Shown in pieces: positions 49,207 through 62,591 of a stretch of DNA of 64,000 bases. The DNA comes from Leidyana gryllorum EB-2025a (Eukaryota > Protista > Apicomplexa): assembly GCA_048772705.1 (NCBI GenBank), contig JBLWGC010000180.1, forward strand, positions 1-64,000, read 5' to 3'. The position numbers and the translations under genes are program-made. Positions within the stretch are counted from its first letter, which is position 1. Each line of letters begins with the position of its first letter. Below the pieces are notes generated by a model, which saw nothing but the letters and a program-made list of their open reading frames with translations, made no database searches and was not told the DNA's origin.

Positions 49207-49746
49207 ATGGTAGAGAGGCTTCAATGGAGCCTCGAAGAGGTGGAGCGGCGGTTAAAGGCCCCCGAGATAAGCGAGATTGAGCGTTCCATCCTCGAAGGAG
49301 AATTGAAAGATCTTAAGCGATCCATAAAAGCGGCCAACAGAGCAGAGAAAGTCAGGGGATCTGTGGAGGACGTGGTGCGAAGACTCGCCAAGATACCATC
49401 TGTTGAGTTGGCCGAAGGGACATACAAGTTTGCGTTCGTTGAAGTTCGCCCGAGGGGGAGGCCTGAAGTCTTCCGATTTGTGCGCTCTAAAGACTATGCT
49501 GACTATCATTACATGGCAATTCAGGAGTTGCGTGAGCAACTTGAAGTGGAAATAGGATGCTACCGCGATGAAGTGACGGTACCGGGTGGCGGCCGGTGTA
49601 CAAGAAATTCAATAGATCGTACTGTGCATGTGTACGGCTACTCTAATCAGTACGGGCAACCTGAAATGCCTCTGGTCAAGCAAGTGATCGAAGCGGCGGA
49701 GGAGTTTGCAGATTATAAAGTCACCTACTCACTGGATGGCTACTAA
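49207..49746 (+). CDS. PHPT1: 14-kDa phosphohistidine phosphatase (Janus/Ocnus family) with N-terminal coiled coil
   Basis: GTYKFAFV, FVRS..YADYH, PGGGR, VHVYGYSNQYG. Confidence 0.85.
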   Translation: MVERLQWSLEEVERRLKAPEISEIERSILEGELKDLKRSIKAANRAEKVRGSVEDVVRRLAKIPSVELAEGTYKFAFVEVRPRGRPEVFRFVRSKDYADYHYMAIQELREQLEVEIGCYRDEVTVPGGGRCTRNSIDRTVHVYGYSNQYGQPEMPLVKQVIEAAEEFADYKVTYSLDGY

Positions 49747-49754
49747 CTAATCTA

Positions 49755-52633
49755 CTACTCATGTTCAACAGCTAGGAAAAGTTCTAAAAGTTTGCAGAAT
49801 TGGCGAAAACGTGACACTATACCGAGTCCTGGACCAAACCAGATGCGACCTTCCAGGAAGAGTCGAAGGGGTCCCGAGGGGTATCGTTTCAATAGAATCA
49901 GTCGCAGTCCTTCGAAAGTCATATATATCTGGGGGGTGTTGGGTTTCTCATCATAACCGGTTGCTGCACGCATATATAGATACTCACCTCGACAAACTCG
50001 CTATGATTTTGAGGAATGGCGAATGGATGCGTCCCGTCCAATACATTTACCGTCAACACTGAGTTCCGGGTTATGACCTCAACCGTCGTATTTGGATTCG
50101 CCTGTACTCGTTTCAATGTTGGGTCCACATTGGACGACAAGTCAGACTTCTCGTGCTTCGCATCCTCAATCAAATGGATGCGAAATATGGTGCGCCCGAA
50201 TGAGATGAGTGTTGGCTCGAAACGAGCCGGAAAGCTCTTTAGCACAGCAATAAGATCCGGGACTGTGGCCAGATAGTGGTTGCGAAGAGTACGAGCAATG
50301 CCAGCATTCTCCGCCTCCTCTAACTCCTTCTCATAGTCGGACAAACTTTCAGCTAGATACCAATTCCGACTGCTGGCGCTCAATTCGCGACGCGCCAGAC
50401 ACCATAAAGCTTCCTTCTGGAGACATTTGTATAGGGGTCTGCGCAAATGATCTGCTAGGGGGGCCGTGCTCCTCGCAGTCACACTCTCCTGCCTCAAAAT
50501 CGGACATGTCTGGTCCAAACTCTCATTGATGTCACTTTCATCGCCAAAACCTGAGTCTTTCAGACCTATGCGACTGCAAATCCCAGCCTTCCATTCAGAG
50601 TAAATACGCTGTAACATGAAGGCTTCCGATCGCGTGACTCGAGCCTGCTGCCAGTGGATCTTGTCCAAGTCAGCAGACTTGCATAACTTCGCACGTTCCA
50701 CATCGCCCGGGTCGGGGGGCGCCTTGAGGTCTCCATGAGAATTCAAATAGAGTTGAGATAATTCGAGGGCCCACTGTCCGACAGGTAAACCATCCATATT
50801 ACGACCTCCTCACACTCACCTGACACTCTCCGTCATCGAGGGCTTTGAGTATGGCGCCCGTCAGGTCTCCGACGCCTTCGATCAGATGCACCAATCGCTA
50901 CGAAATGTCCGAGGCAATGACAGTTACACAACAAAATCTCACCGTAGATCTCTCGGCGGTCGATAGTTTGTGTGTGTTGATGTCCACAGCCGATCCGCCA
51001 AACCATCCCCGCTGATGGAACACCACAGCCTTTGCAGCCCAATGGATTTGGCCATAAAATGGCATCGCGGGGTCGGCGAGGACCAGAGGGTATGCGTGTA
51101 CATCGAAGCCCAATGGTCCCTGCTCCGAGGATCGGGGGAAAATTGACCAAAACAAATCGGCGACTCTGCTCGCAATTGCGTCGGCATCACTCATACGGTT
51201 CATAAGTCGGATGGTTTGATCGTGAACGAACTGTATGGAGTCGCGATACCGCTCAAGAAGGGTTCTAACCCTTTCTCGACCGAATACGGGAGTTGTGTGC
51301 CCCAATGCTAATACGTCTGTGGATGGCACATAGCGTTGTAGCAGCTTATCCAGACTCCTGACCCAGTCCAGCGGATCGCGAAAGACGCCCCCCCGTAATG
51401 GGTATATGTTGGGGAAGGCAAAATAGAAATTGTCCGCGGCATGGAGTAACTTTAGTGTAGGAATGAAGAAGCCCAACTAAGCAGACAAAATTCAGGTAAA
51501 CGACTGAGCTGACTCACCTGATCTGATGTTTCGCCCGGGAGGTGAGCCATTTCAATCACATGGCCATTGAGATACAGAGTGTGTGTCTCTCCACTCCAGT
51601 AGTGAGTGGGATATTCCACATTCTTCCCGTCGGCTTGGGTTGACGTGAGGCGAGCCAGAGTTCGGCCGATCCCTGCCGATATCACTTCAGGTCTCCGGTG
51701 ATCTGAGTAACTCTCGCTCACATCCAATTCGCCCAATTTCAAGTATGTATTGGTTCCGAACTGCTTCATAGCTCGACGATATTTGGCTTGGGGCTGCTGC
51801 AGAAAGTAATCGGTGATGTGACGAACGGTTTGTTCATGTGCTATCAGCAGTGCTTGATTGTGGTGCCCGTGAAGTTCATTCCATTGTCGCACACCCCCTA
51901 GACCTCCGACGTGATCAGTATGATAATGCGATATGAGCACCGCAATGATGGGCCGACTAGAACATTCTGGGTTTAGAGCATCTAATGCCTCTAAACTGGT
52001 CTTGAGCACGTCTGGGGTCTCTGCAGCATCTATCAGAACAAAACCGCCATCTGTTTCGATGACTCCGACATTCGCCAGCCCATAGCCTTGTATTGTGAAG
52101 AATCGAAGGCGTCCTGGCGATGTTTGGGCGGGCTGAGACGTGAGAATAGCCTCCTTCTCGTCGTACTCGCCGCCCATCGACCAACAATTTGGAGTGGCCA
52201 GATTGGTGGCACTCAACAAGTTTTCGCCGAGTAGAGGTTCATCGTCGGTCTCTGTGGACGCCAGAATAGATACTCGTTCGCGGAAGTGCAGTCTGGCATG
52301 AGCTCGCACGACGACTTCAGCAGCACTGGCTTTGAGCGTCTCGGGTGTAGTGAGATTCAGCTCATCCGGTTTGGCAAGGCGACGGGCCGCTCTCAATACT
52401 TGATCAAACTCCAAAACATCACACACTGCATTGCTAGACGCCCTGGATAAATCGGGAGATAAGTAGCGTTTCACGCTGCATAATCCGCGTTCGGCCGTAG
52501 GTAAAGTCACGCGATAAGCAGCAAGTTTCAATACTGAATACAAGCGAGTTTGGGTGAGGATCAATGTTGTCACAGATACAATGGTGGCCAATATGCTAAA
52601 CACTACCCCGATGATATACCGCCGCTTGATCAT
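49755..52633 (-). CDS. Alkyl/aryl sulfatase, SdsA1/BDS1 family (MBL fold + dimerisation + SCP2-like), N-terminal TM anchor
   Basis: GYGLANV..IET..G.VLID, SHYHTDHVGG, HLPGETSDQ, ADNFY.AFPNIY.LRG..FRD, LGH..PV.G, YRDSIQFVHDQTIRLMN, FYG, GWF.G. Confidence 0.88.
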
Positions 52634-52635
52634 AA

Positions 52636-55600
52636 TCACACTGGGTTTTTGTCACTGGCTGCTACATGCTCTATCTCGTCCAACATTGCCGTGCTGGGTA
52701 GTGGGACAGGCTTAATGTCTGGAGCATCCCATGGCGACCGAGTCTCATATTCGTCGTGAGAAACAACACTGGCGACCCCCTCAGCAAAAGCTAATCCTCC
52801 GTCGGGAGACATCCGCATTTGTTGTTCTGAGAGCGCCTGATATCCGTGCTCACATGGCATCTCGCGCTCCCACTCCAACGCCAGAGTGTTGGTTAGACGT
52901 GCTATCTCGGACGAAATCTGAGACAGCTGTTCCGGGCAGTATACCACACGACTGTTAGGCTTGGCCTTGTCCTGCAAGTAGCAGGCGGCAATACTCTCTG
53001 GCGAAAACAAGCGGGTGATGAGGCAGAATCGGTCGGTGTCGACTCACCAACTCCTTGCAGAATTCCGTCTGTGAAAGGACAAACACTAAAGGCAGTCACC
53101 GTTGCTGACATCATCGCAGCCAATAGAGGGCTAGTAATGAAGCTGTCACAACCAGATGACTGAGACGAAAATAGCACGTGTGACCTACTGATGGGAATGG
53201 GGATCATTGAAGACAGGAAGCCGGGCGGACATCACCAAACTTATCAGCCCAGCCACCACAGCCCCCCAGAGACACAGAGCTGTCCGCAGCACCGCGCCAC
53301 TGTGGGACAAGATGCCCACTGTCGCCAAATTCTTGTTTGATCTTGGCTGAGATGCACTTTCTATCAGATCCGAACCGTCGAGTAATGCGTCAGTCATTAT
53401 CTGTCCGTTCACCGAGTGGTTGATCAACCACAGATCGTGTAGAATCTTTCTGACGCGAGGCATTTGACGAGTGCTCCGCAGGTACACTTTGTAAACTTGT
53501 GGAATCTGCGACAGCACGTCCACTGGTGATTTCAAAATCCTAATAAGAGTGGTTGATTGAAATCCACCCTATGTTCACATCAACCTACCGGAAAACGGAG
53601 TTTATGGCAGCGCATAACCCGACTGAACCCAGGTGGTAGGTCAACATTGTTCCTCCCGACTCTCTCAAGTCCCGAAGGGCAATGCTGCGCACAGCGGAGC
53701 CATGGAGAGGTACTGTGAAGAACCAAACAGTCACCCAGCCTCCAATCACCATACGGTTCAGTGCAATCAGTGTCTCTACCAGGAATAATGTACTGGAAGC
53801 GAACATGAAGAATATCGCCGCGGACTTCCACCGGAAAGGCAGGCGTATATGGTCCTTCATGGTGAACGGTATCGCCGCAGCGGTTGGGCCAGTGGCATGA
53901 TGTAACTGATCGTGGGCCAACTCGCCGCTGTCCGGCAGCACAATCACAGGAGTTGCCGGATCCGGGCGAGCTTGACCAACTACTGGTGCATCATGAGAAG
54001 GCGGCGCGTGAGCGTCCTCAGGAAGTGCCTTCGCCTCCAAATCCGCTTCAGCCTCCCTGTCGTCATCCTCTTCATGATGAATGACAGCGCGGCCCTCGAC
54101 AGCCTCAGAGGCCTCCACTTGGTGATGCTGGTCTGCATATCGATAGATACTGTCGTTGGAAGGACTGACATCGGGATCAGCAGCTTCCTCATGGTTGTGT
54201 GGCTCCTCGTCTCCAAGCGTCACATCGCGAGAATCGTGGGTGCCCACCTCGTACGGGTAAACTGGCGCTTGGGGCGGCCGAAGGCGGTTACTCTCCAGAA
54301 ACTCGTAAGGTGCCGGAATGTACATCGGTGGGTAGCGGTGTGCATAGCGGGGGTTGAGTCTCGGCGATTGGCGGAAGGCGGGAGGTAACCTATCATCAAA
54401 AGCATTGTCAATCACGTCATTGTCCTCCATATCTTTGAAATAGCGATCGGGAGGCAAGTGACTAAGCGGTGGAGGCGGACGACGATCATCAGCTCTGGGT
54501 TGAGGCCAAGGCTTGTGTGGTCTCGGACCCAAATATTGATGCTCGTCGTAGTATTCCGGATTGGGTTGGGGCTCCTCCGGTGCAGCGTCGTAAGCTGGAC
54601 CGTATGGCATGTAGCCATAATCCACAGGGGGGTAGCGAGGATTCATCATTGACTCCATAACCTGCAATTGACGCACTGCTGCGCTTCGGGGGTTCAACGG
54701 TGCCACAACAACTTCGTCTGCCTGATGCAGAGCAGGTGGCAGCCCTGTTGAGATCAGAAGGGCTGGGATGCTAGTGAGAAACCAGATCATTATGAAAAGA
54801 ATGAAGCCGGATATCACTGTCGGAACCATCACCAACGGCGCCACATCCTTTATAGCTCCTCCTGAAATGATGCCGATTGGAGAAGAGACGGAGTTTGGCC
54901 AACTCACCAAGAGTTTCCAGTGTGACACTTGAGACAGGCATCCAAGAGGATGTAGCGAACAAGGCAACAGCCGATAGTACTCCGAGTAATAGGATGGTGA
55001 TGACGATCTCAGCTTTGAGGCCAACAGCCTGTCAGGAGCCATAAATCAAAGCTCGGTACTCCCTCTATGAACTCACTCTGAAAGTGTTGTACAGCAACTG
55101 CATCGCAAAACTGGGCCCATCGTCATCTATTAGCTTTCGTTTCCCACTCAAGCATAGGTACACAACCAGTGCGGCAATAGGCAGTGTGTATGTAAGGATG
55201 TGTACTGTTCCAGCCGGGTGTTTGGTAGCGAAGTATCCGAGAGCTGCAACCATTGGCAGAACAATTATTGTCGGGATCGCGTACAGGAGTATCGACCGCA
55301 ACCCTATCTGCTCCACCATCAGCCACCAAACGGCGCTGCTCATTAAAGTGAATGAATTGACGATTTGAACACCTTTACCTCTGACTCTTCATTCCCAATG
55401 TCGCCAACAAATGGTCTCCCAATGTCGGGTGCTCGGGGATGCACAGAAAGTTACCGAACTGACACCAGCTAAGAGTGGCAGCTACGCTCGCTATGTCAAT
55501 CTCACCGGCTCGGTCGGGTAAACTTGCGCCTCGAGGAGTTCCGCAGCGTACGCCGTCTGCAGGTTAGGGGCATAGTCTCCCAGTGTGGTCCTTTGTAGTG

Positions 55601-55952
55601 CATCGCGTAGGCGTGGACAGGTGTTTATACAGACGGGATGAGAGAGGTCGAGGTCGTCCAAGGATCCTATAGTCTCCAGGTGTACTTTCATAGGTACATA
55701 CAAATACGAGGAGCCTTTCAGGGCGCCCTCTCCGCATCGTCTCCCAGCGTAGTCAACGCTTGGCGAAAAGCTTGTGCTAGAAGTTAATCCCGGGGCGGAC
55801 GCTCTCACGGCGGCCAACCACCATGCCAATGCCGTAATGATGATGAAGGTGAACCAACCATCCGTGACTCGTTTGACTGTCCTGCTACGTCGGCTGGGTT
55901 CCGAGTTTTCAACCTCGAACGGGGCAGTGTGTATAGCAAGACCACCTTCCAT
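52636..55952 (-). CDS. Choline transporter-like (CTL/SLC44) membrane protein with large hydrophilic insertion
   Basis: R..TD then TM, DYAGRRCG..YLY..VCINTCP, YHLGSV, VNGQ.....S, multiple TM segments. Confidence 0.7.
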
Positions 55953-55967
55953 TTTTATGCGGCTAAA

Positions 55968-56556
55968 CTATGATTGACTAGCACTTGCTTTCTCCATGAG
56001 ATGTAGGGGTGCCAAAACTGCCAACTTGTTGGTCTCAATGATACGCCCATTGGCAACCATCTCGTCCAGTAGGAAGTGAGCTTTCTCCAGGTTGAACATA
56101 ATCTATAGACGAGGTGGCATTATAGGGCAAGAATATGTTCATCATGCATTCTTACGTCGAGTTCGCACTACAAACCAATGTCAATGAGCGACAACAGAAA
56201 CACTCACCACCTTCTCAAAGTACCGGTCATATGTCTCCACCAGACAGTGGATGAATTCTAGAATGGAAAGCTCATTCTGTGCGATAAACGGTGGAGACGG
56301 ACAAGAGAGAGCTGCTCACGATGGATGTATCATTCAAGGTAACTCCAACGATGAAGTAAAGGCTGGCATATCGGCGGTAAACAATCTGGTATCCCCCGAA
56401 GACCAAAGAGGAGGTGGCATCTTCTGGACGAGACAGACACCTGCGGATCAGACCACCCTCGAGCACTGCTCGCTCTCCTTGTGGGAGAGCGGCTCCGTAG
56501 TAGTGGGCCAAGCGGGTTTGGCCCTGCTTGTTTACCATCAAGATGAACTCGATCAT
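55968..56556 (-). CDS. AP4S1: AP-4 complex subunit sigma
   Basis: MIEFILMVNKQGQTRL, IVYRRYASLYFIVG, NELSILEFIH, V|CELD|IMFNLEKAHFLLDEMV.NG.I.ETNK. Confidence 0.93.
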
Positions 56557-58970
56557 CGCTGGAATGTTTTTTGGTCAACTGAATGCATAATTGGAAAACG
56601 AGTAGTAATCATTGTATCCGACGAGAGTTCATTCCTGCTACACATCTTAAGACAAAAGGTGTCGAGCTCACCATATGCCTCCAGGTCAGCTGGAGTCAGC
56701 TTTTCCAGGACTTTAGCAATTTGGCTGGCTGACGGTCGTCTGGTAGCCGCCCAATCGAAACACTGTAGGTGATAGATGTAAAAAGGCAAAAGCGACGCGA
56801 CTCACATGGTGCAAGATTTGCCGAACATCCGGGTGGAACCATTGAGGGACCAGCGGGGGTTTCTGCTCTGTCAAGATCTTCTGAATTACCGCTGCGTTGT
56901 TATAGTGCTCCTCGTGTGGAATTGGACCGCCCAGTATTTCAATTAGACAACATGCTAAGGACCAGATGTCAGCTTTCTCCGTGATCACACCACTCGGGAC
57001 AAAACATTCGGGAGCCATATATCGCGGTGAGCCGCCATTGTCGTCCAGAAGCAAGAAAGACCGATGCTGCAAGACGTCTCGGCACAGGCTAGTGGGAGAG
57101 TGACCTACCATAAACTTTGTTTTCCCGAAGTCACACAACTTCAAGTTCAAGTCCTCATCCAGAACCAAATTAGGCGTCTTGATGTCCCGATGAATGACCA
57201 CTGGCCGGCATGAGTGCAGATGATCGAGCACCTCCACCTGAGGACCTGTCTCGCTCAGAACTTTGCCCACATACACCCACCAGTTGGCGTGCCATTTTAA
57301 GGCGCTTTGCTGCGCTCACCGCTTCCTTGTTATCGAAGAAGAGCTCGAATGCATTACCACGCGGCAAAAACTCAGTCACCAAAGCCAACGTGTCCAGAGA
57401 GTCCACACACGCGCCATAGAACCGACAAATATGTTGATGATCCAGAACCCTGCAGGAATTGATCTGAGGCACAGAGTAGGCTGTCATCCTCACCAGTAAG
57501 CGTTCAACTCTCGCTCAAAGTTGCGGAGTTGTTCGATGGTAGGGGGATTGTCCGCATGGCACCATTTTACTGCCACTTCTCTCCCGCGCCACCTTGCTTT
57601 ATATACGGTTCCAAACGTTCCTGAAAGCACCCGCAGTGTGATTTTCGCTGCTGACACCACTCACCTTTGCTAATTGGCCTTCCCAACAACTCCAAATCTG
57701 ACAGAGAGATCCGCAACTCGGGAGGCAGATCGCACATCAAGTCGGCCGGTTGATGGGGCGGAACGATGACTCTGGCCACTAAACGCAAGGCTTTTTGACG
57801 GAACAATTTCTCGCGAGTGGTCTCCTCTACCGTCGCGGGGGCCGTTTGTTGGGCCGACAGCTGGGATGTTTGCGGTCGCTGCATTCCATCAGCCCGCAGC
57901 GTATAATCGCTTGAGCCCACTGTCCGTCGCAATGCACAGCCCGAATCCAGGCTGCGACGGCTCTGTTGTAGGTCGTAGACGTTGAATGGATCACTCTCCA
58001 ATTGTTGACGTAGACAGCTCATAGGAGTGCCAGCTCGCACATGCCGACATTGTAAGTCTTGATCAATACCCGTGCAATTCTCTTCCGGCCACCGGGGTAT
58101 CACTCGACGAGACAAGATCTCTGGGACTGCGAGCGAACGAGCTGATGGAGACGTCCCTCGCCACGAAGGAGACTCAAAATTCGAACGACGCCGGATAGGA
58201 TGGTCCATCGAGTTAGTCAGCTGGCGCACCGACGGCCGCAACGCGGGAGATCGCGAACCAGGCGAGGCTGATGCGAGAGACAATGGTGGCGGGGAAGAGA
58301 GGTGGACAGGACCGGGCGATTGGGGGGGAAATCCAGCAGCTTCACTGATCACCAGTTGACGACGGGGGGACCGAGCAGTGGTACTGGCCAGCGTGATGTC
58401 GTCTTCTTCTATTGGTGAGTCTCCACCTTCATGTGTTTTAACTGAATTACTGTCGTCCATCCGTCTCGAGGCAACACGCCGAGCACGGTGGTTCAGATTT
58501 AGGGACGCAAGAACTGAGTCAGCATTGGACCCGTCGGCGGCGAGTTGAGTCATTAAGAGTCGCTTCCAAAAGGTCGCACTGAGACCACAGGTACTTCCCT
58601 GCACATTCGTAGTCTGCCCCGATGGGGGTTTGCGGATGACGAAGTGGGTGCGGGTCGGTTGCGTTCGGGTGGGGTAGCGCATGGCATCCGCCAGGGGATC
58701 GGCCCACTGCCTGGAGGGCAACTCTGTGAGTCGCAGGAGCTGTCGACACCGCAAGGGATTTACACGGAATCTGAGCAAATACAAGAGGTCATCAACCCGT
58801 TGTGACCGACAACGATCGTGTACTGAAGGAAACCTCCAAGAAGGCAATGGCGAATGTGGGACTACCGCAGCAGCTGAGCGATAGCGAGTGCTGGTGGTCC
58901 CTTTGTCGTCCATCAACTTCGAGTCACGGGGCAATTGGGCCATGAAGTCCAGCACGGCAACATCCAACAT
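56553..58970 (-). CDS. Tyrosine-kinase-like (TKL) Ser/Thr kinase with long N-terminal region
   Basis: G.FGTVYKA.WRG.EVAVK, ICRFYGAC, LVTEFLPRG, IHRDIKTPN, KLCDFG, GSPRYMAPE, EKADIWS, CF..RRPS. Confidence 0.92.
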
Positions 58971-59184
58971 CCCTCTTCCAATGTGTTACATCAGACTCCA
59001 GATCACTCCAAAAAAGTATCTCCCACATTTTCCGAGAAATAGGACAGAGCATGCACTACTGCCAAACACGAACCAATTGAACGAACCTCCAAATGGGGTA
59101 CATGGGTACTGCCGCACAGCTGTGTGACTTCTTGTAAGGCAGGGACCACGACTATATGAGAAAAAGAGCAAAAAAGTGACTACT

Positions 59185-62100
59185 ATGCACAATGCTACCC
59201 TGAGTGCCACTCGCCCCAATTCTCCTCTCTGTGGCAATGCTGCCAGAAGGGCTTTAATTCGCCACTGGGAAAGTAAGCTGCCCGTTTCGTGTTACACTGA
59301 TGTGGAGACATACACACACATACTGACACGGTTATTATCTGTGACACACCCGATTATGTCGTGTGTCTCCAAGGAATCTGATATTTCCATGTGCTACGTA
59401 TGTATTGAGGGGCCAATTATGGACGGTTTAATCTTCAGAGACATTGAGTGAGCATCGTGACGGCTCGCTAGCAACTGTTGAATGGAGAAATCGCCAGCGA
59501 TTGACCGCCCCAGTGCCAGCAGCCATGGTGGAGCTACTCAGCTACCTCTTCCTGGATCTGGCAGAGATGCCATATAGTAGTGTACACAAACGGCTGCTGG
59601 GGCATATGATGATGCGAGTGCAATATTTGTTCGGCCGTGTCGAGAAGGCCATTGACACATGTGTGATGAACTCTTACGATGGCGGGGATTTGATCAGGAC
59701 GACAGTGCAGTATGTGACTCTCACCCCTGGTTGTTGACAATGGATGTGCATTGCAGGCGACTGACGATCATGGCCGTCGAAGCGATGAAGATCTCTGATC
59801 TACGCCAATTGCATCAGCTTATTGACAGATTAATAATGCTGATTCATCGTTGCAAAGTATTACAGAGCAGAGGCAGTATTCGACACCCTGAAGTCCAACG
59901 CTTACAGCATGAAATATGTCCCAGTATCTGTGTGGACTTCTTTAGTTCACAGCATACAGAAGCAGAAACTTCCACAGCCAAGTATCGCTCTGCAGCTCAA
60001 GCCCGAGCCTTTCAATGCAGCTGTACCTGTCATCTCCCCGCCCAGCTCACTCTCGCCTGTGTCGGGTTGTCTTCCACAAGTCCTCTATCTTCACTGCAGC
60101 AGATGATGGAATCTGTAAGGTTCAATAGATTGGAGACGTCGTCTCATAATGCGCCCCTTGCAGTCTAACCTGCCAGCTCTGCAGCAAACATGGTTTGCAG
60201 CTCGTCCAGATCGACTTTTAGTCAAAATGACCTGGCACTGTTACGAGTTACAATCAGCAATAATGGATCCGTACGAAGGAATGCACCGCAGTTTGGAGGC
60301 TGGGGTGCCAGTTTCTGTTCATACGCAATTGGCAACATTCGCCGAAACCGTTGGAAGGTAAGGCAGCCATGTTTTCGCTGACCATTCTTCATTGGGCCTT
60401 AGCTGCACGGCCTTGTATTCTTACACTAAGGAAGTGCTGATAACGTTGGCGCGCTTGACCAGTCCTACACTCCCATCCACCTTAGCCAGTGACTCTGGCT
60501 TGCGAGAATTGGCTGAGGCGTACGGAACCCTTGCTGATCTTATGGCGTCGCGTCCTCCTCCTATTACATCCGACTTCTACCTAGAGCAAGCCATTGATGG
60601 CTGCCCGCCCGACTTACGTCGGACTTCCAGTTACGCTTTCCAGAAACTGATCGAGGCACTGAGAGGTTTTGGGGATGGTACTGTGGGCACCATTCGTCTC
60701 CAGCTCGGTTTGCTGTGCAGAAAGGCGGGCATCTTAGACCGTCGCAATTGCGAATCTCAGGCGGTGGAAACGCTGCTGTCCTTTGCAGAGAAATTGGGAC
60801 AGGCGCTGCCGCCTCGGGCCACACGTCCGAGAATGTCGCTCGGTGCAGCCTCACCCACGCGTACACCCCATGGTGCTCCACTTCTCCCGCCCAACGGATT
60901 GAATCTCCAGGTGTCGTCAGCTTCGGCTGTTCGAGCTGTGAGTGATACTTCTTCCCACCAGTGTACTTACTCAATCTTTGACAGTTTTTTGTTCAGCGAC
61001 TGCCTCACATCCCATTGCTCGCCACTAGCGCGGAAGTAGCCGCTGCGAGGACGGCGTCCAAAGTGGACTCTGTTGGCGACCTCTGGGATGTTTTACTCAT
61101 CATGCAGAGTCCAATATGGACTTACTTGATCTCAGCTGGTAAGTGATCTCACATAGGCAGGATTACTGGTCATGCCTCACCTCTTTTAGTCCTGTTCGAG
61201 TCCTTCCTAACCCCCTACTCCGCAACGACCTTGCGGAATGACGGCCGCATTGAAACTGACACTCTGAGCGCATGGCTGATATTGATCACTGCAATCCCTC
61301 TACTTATGGCCACAGTTGAAGGATCAGCCTTGCCTGGTCATGCCCATGTGATTCAGACCCTAAACACTTACAAGATGGATAAGGATTATGTGGTGTGTAA
61401 TCAAGTCTTGTCCTCTCACCTGGCGCACCGGGAGTGGGTCCGGTCACGGAACGCGGGCAAGCAGGGCGATAGTTTAGTTAAACGACGGCGAAAGTAAGAC
61501 CCGAATATCTCATGGATTCAATGTGGATGAGCAGTTCTCCGTCCGCCGTTTGCGCTTCGGTCCTTACCTTCGAACGACTCTTGGAAGCGCTTAATGGTCG
61601 CAATGACCCTATAACCGGTATCCCACCATTATGGGCGAAAGTATTGCAATGGATCAGTATGGGCGAAAACCGTCCTCTCAAAACCCTCCGCATCTTCTTC
61701 TCTTCTCTTCAAGAGGTGTATGATATTATTCATCGGGAAAATGAAGTGGTGAGTCACTCGCCACTTCACATCGTCGCTGAATGGATGAGCAGGAGCCTTG
61801 GTCAAACCCCAAAGTCAATGTTCGCGCAGTGCTGGGGAACATGCACCAGCAATTCAAAGATATCTGCGCTGCAGCCGATAACAACAACAGTACTATCGCA
61901 ATGCAAGTTCAGAGCCGACTCTCGGTTCGGCTTTGGCGTATGGTAAGGCGGTTTTGTATTTGCCCGATGCACATTGCTCTCCACTGTTCAGCTAATGGTT
62001 TGTTTAGCGAATTACCTTCTGGATGGAGGTTGGGGCGGAGTGGGTCCAGGATTGGATGTTGAGGCTGCTCGGCCTCTGAGCTCGCAGGATGCCTTCATGT

Positions 62101-62591
62101 TGAACTATCTATTGATGGAATTCCGGACAGAGAAGTTTGTTGGAGATGGTAGAGACGTGTTCCCTGGTGCAGTCTTGACTATTGTGCAACGGCTGCAGTC
62201 CAAGCGCACTCCGCTGTGCGAAGCCATCTTGGTGGGGAACCGTCAAAACTTGAAGGAACTTTATTGTCGCTGGTTGCTCGCTGTTGGGCTGCCCGGTCAA
62301 GGGGTCAGAAGTTGTGCCCTGCGGGAAAGATTGAAGAGTGATCTGGAGATTCACGGCTCCGGTCTCGTGATGGATCTGACCGACGAAGAGCGAATGAAAA
62401 TGAAACAATATATCGGACAGAGGTGAGTAAAGTCAGATTTCTGTGGAGTTGTGCTCAGGCGCCACGATGCGAAAGAGGGAGACCCTAGTATATGCCTGGC
62501 TATCTACTTCTTGCGATATGGCACTTTCAAGTCTCCAAGCTCTGGTTTGGATCGATTATCGGTTCTATTTTTAGGCTGCACCAATTCCTGA
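59185..62591 (+). CDS. Large multi-exon helical protein, possibly a VPS50/VPS54-like (CATCHR) tethering subunit
   Basis: Chain of + strand exons with GT-AG introns; weak resemblance of QQF...RLWRML.VCLANYLLDG and the N-terminal coiled coil to syndetin. Confidence 0.4.

Noticed and set aside
58986-59237. 83-aa hydrophobic minus-strand ORF
   Set aside because: Starts at TTG with no usable ATG and overlaps the likely start of the + strand gene at 59185.
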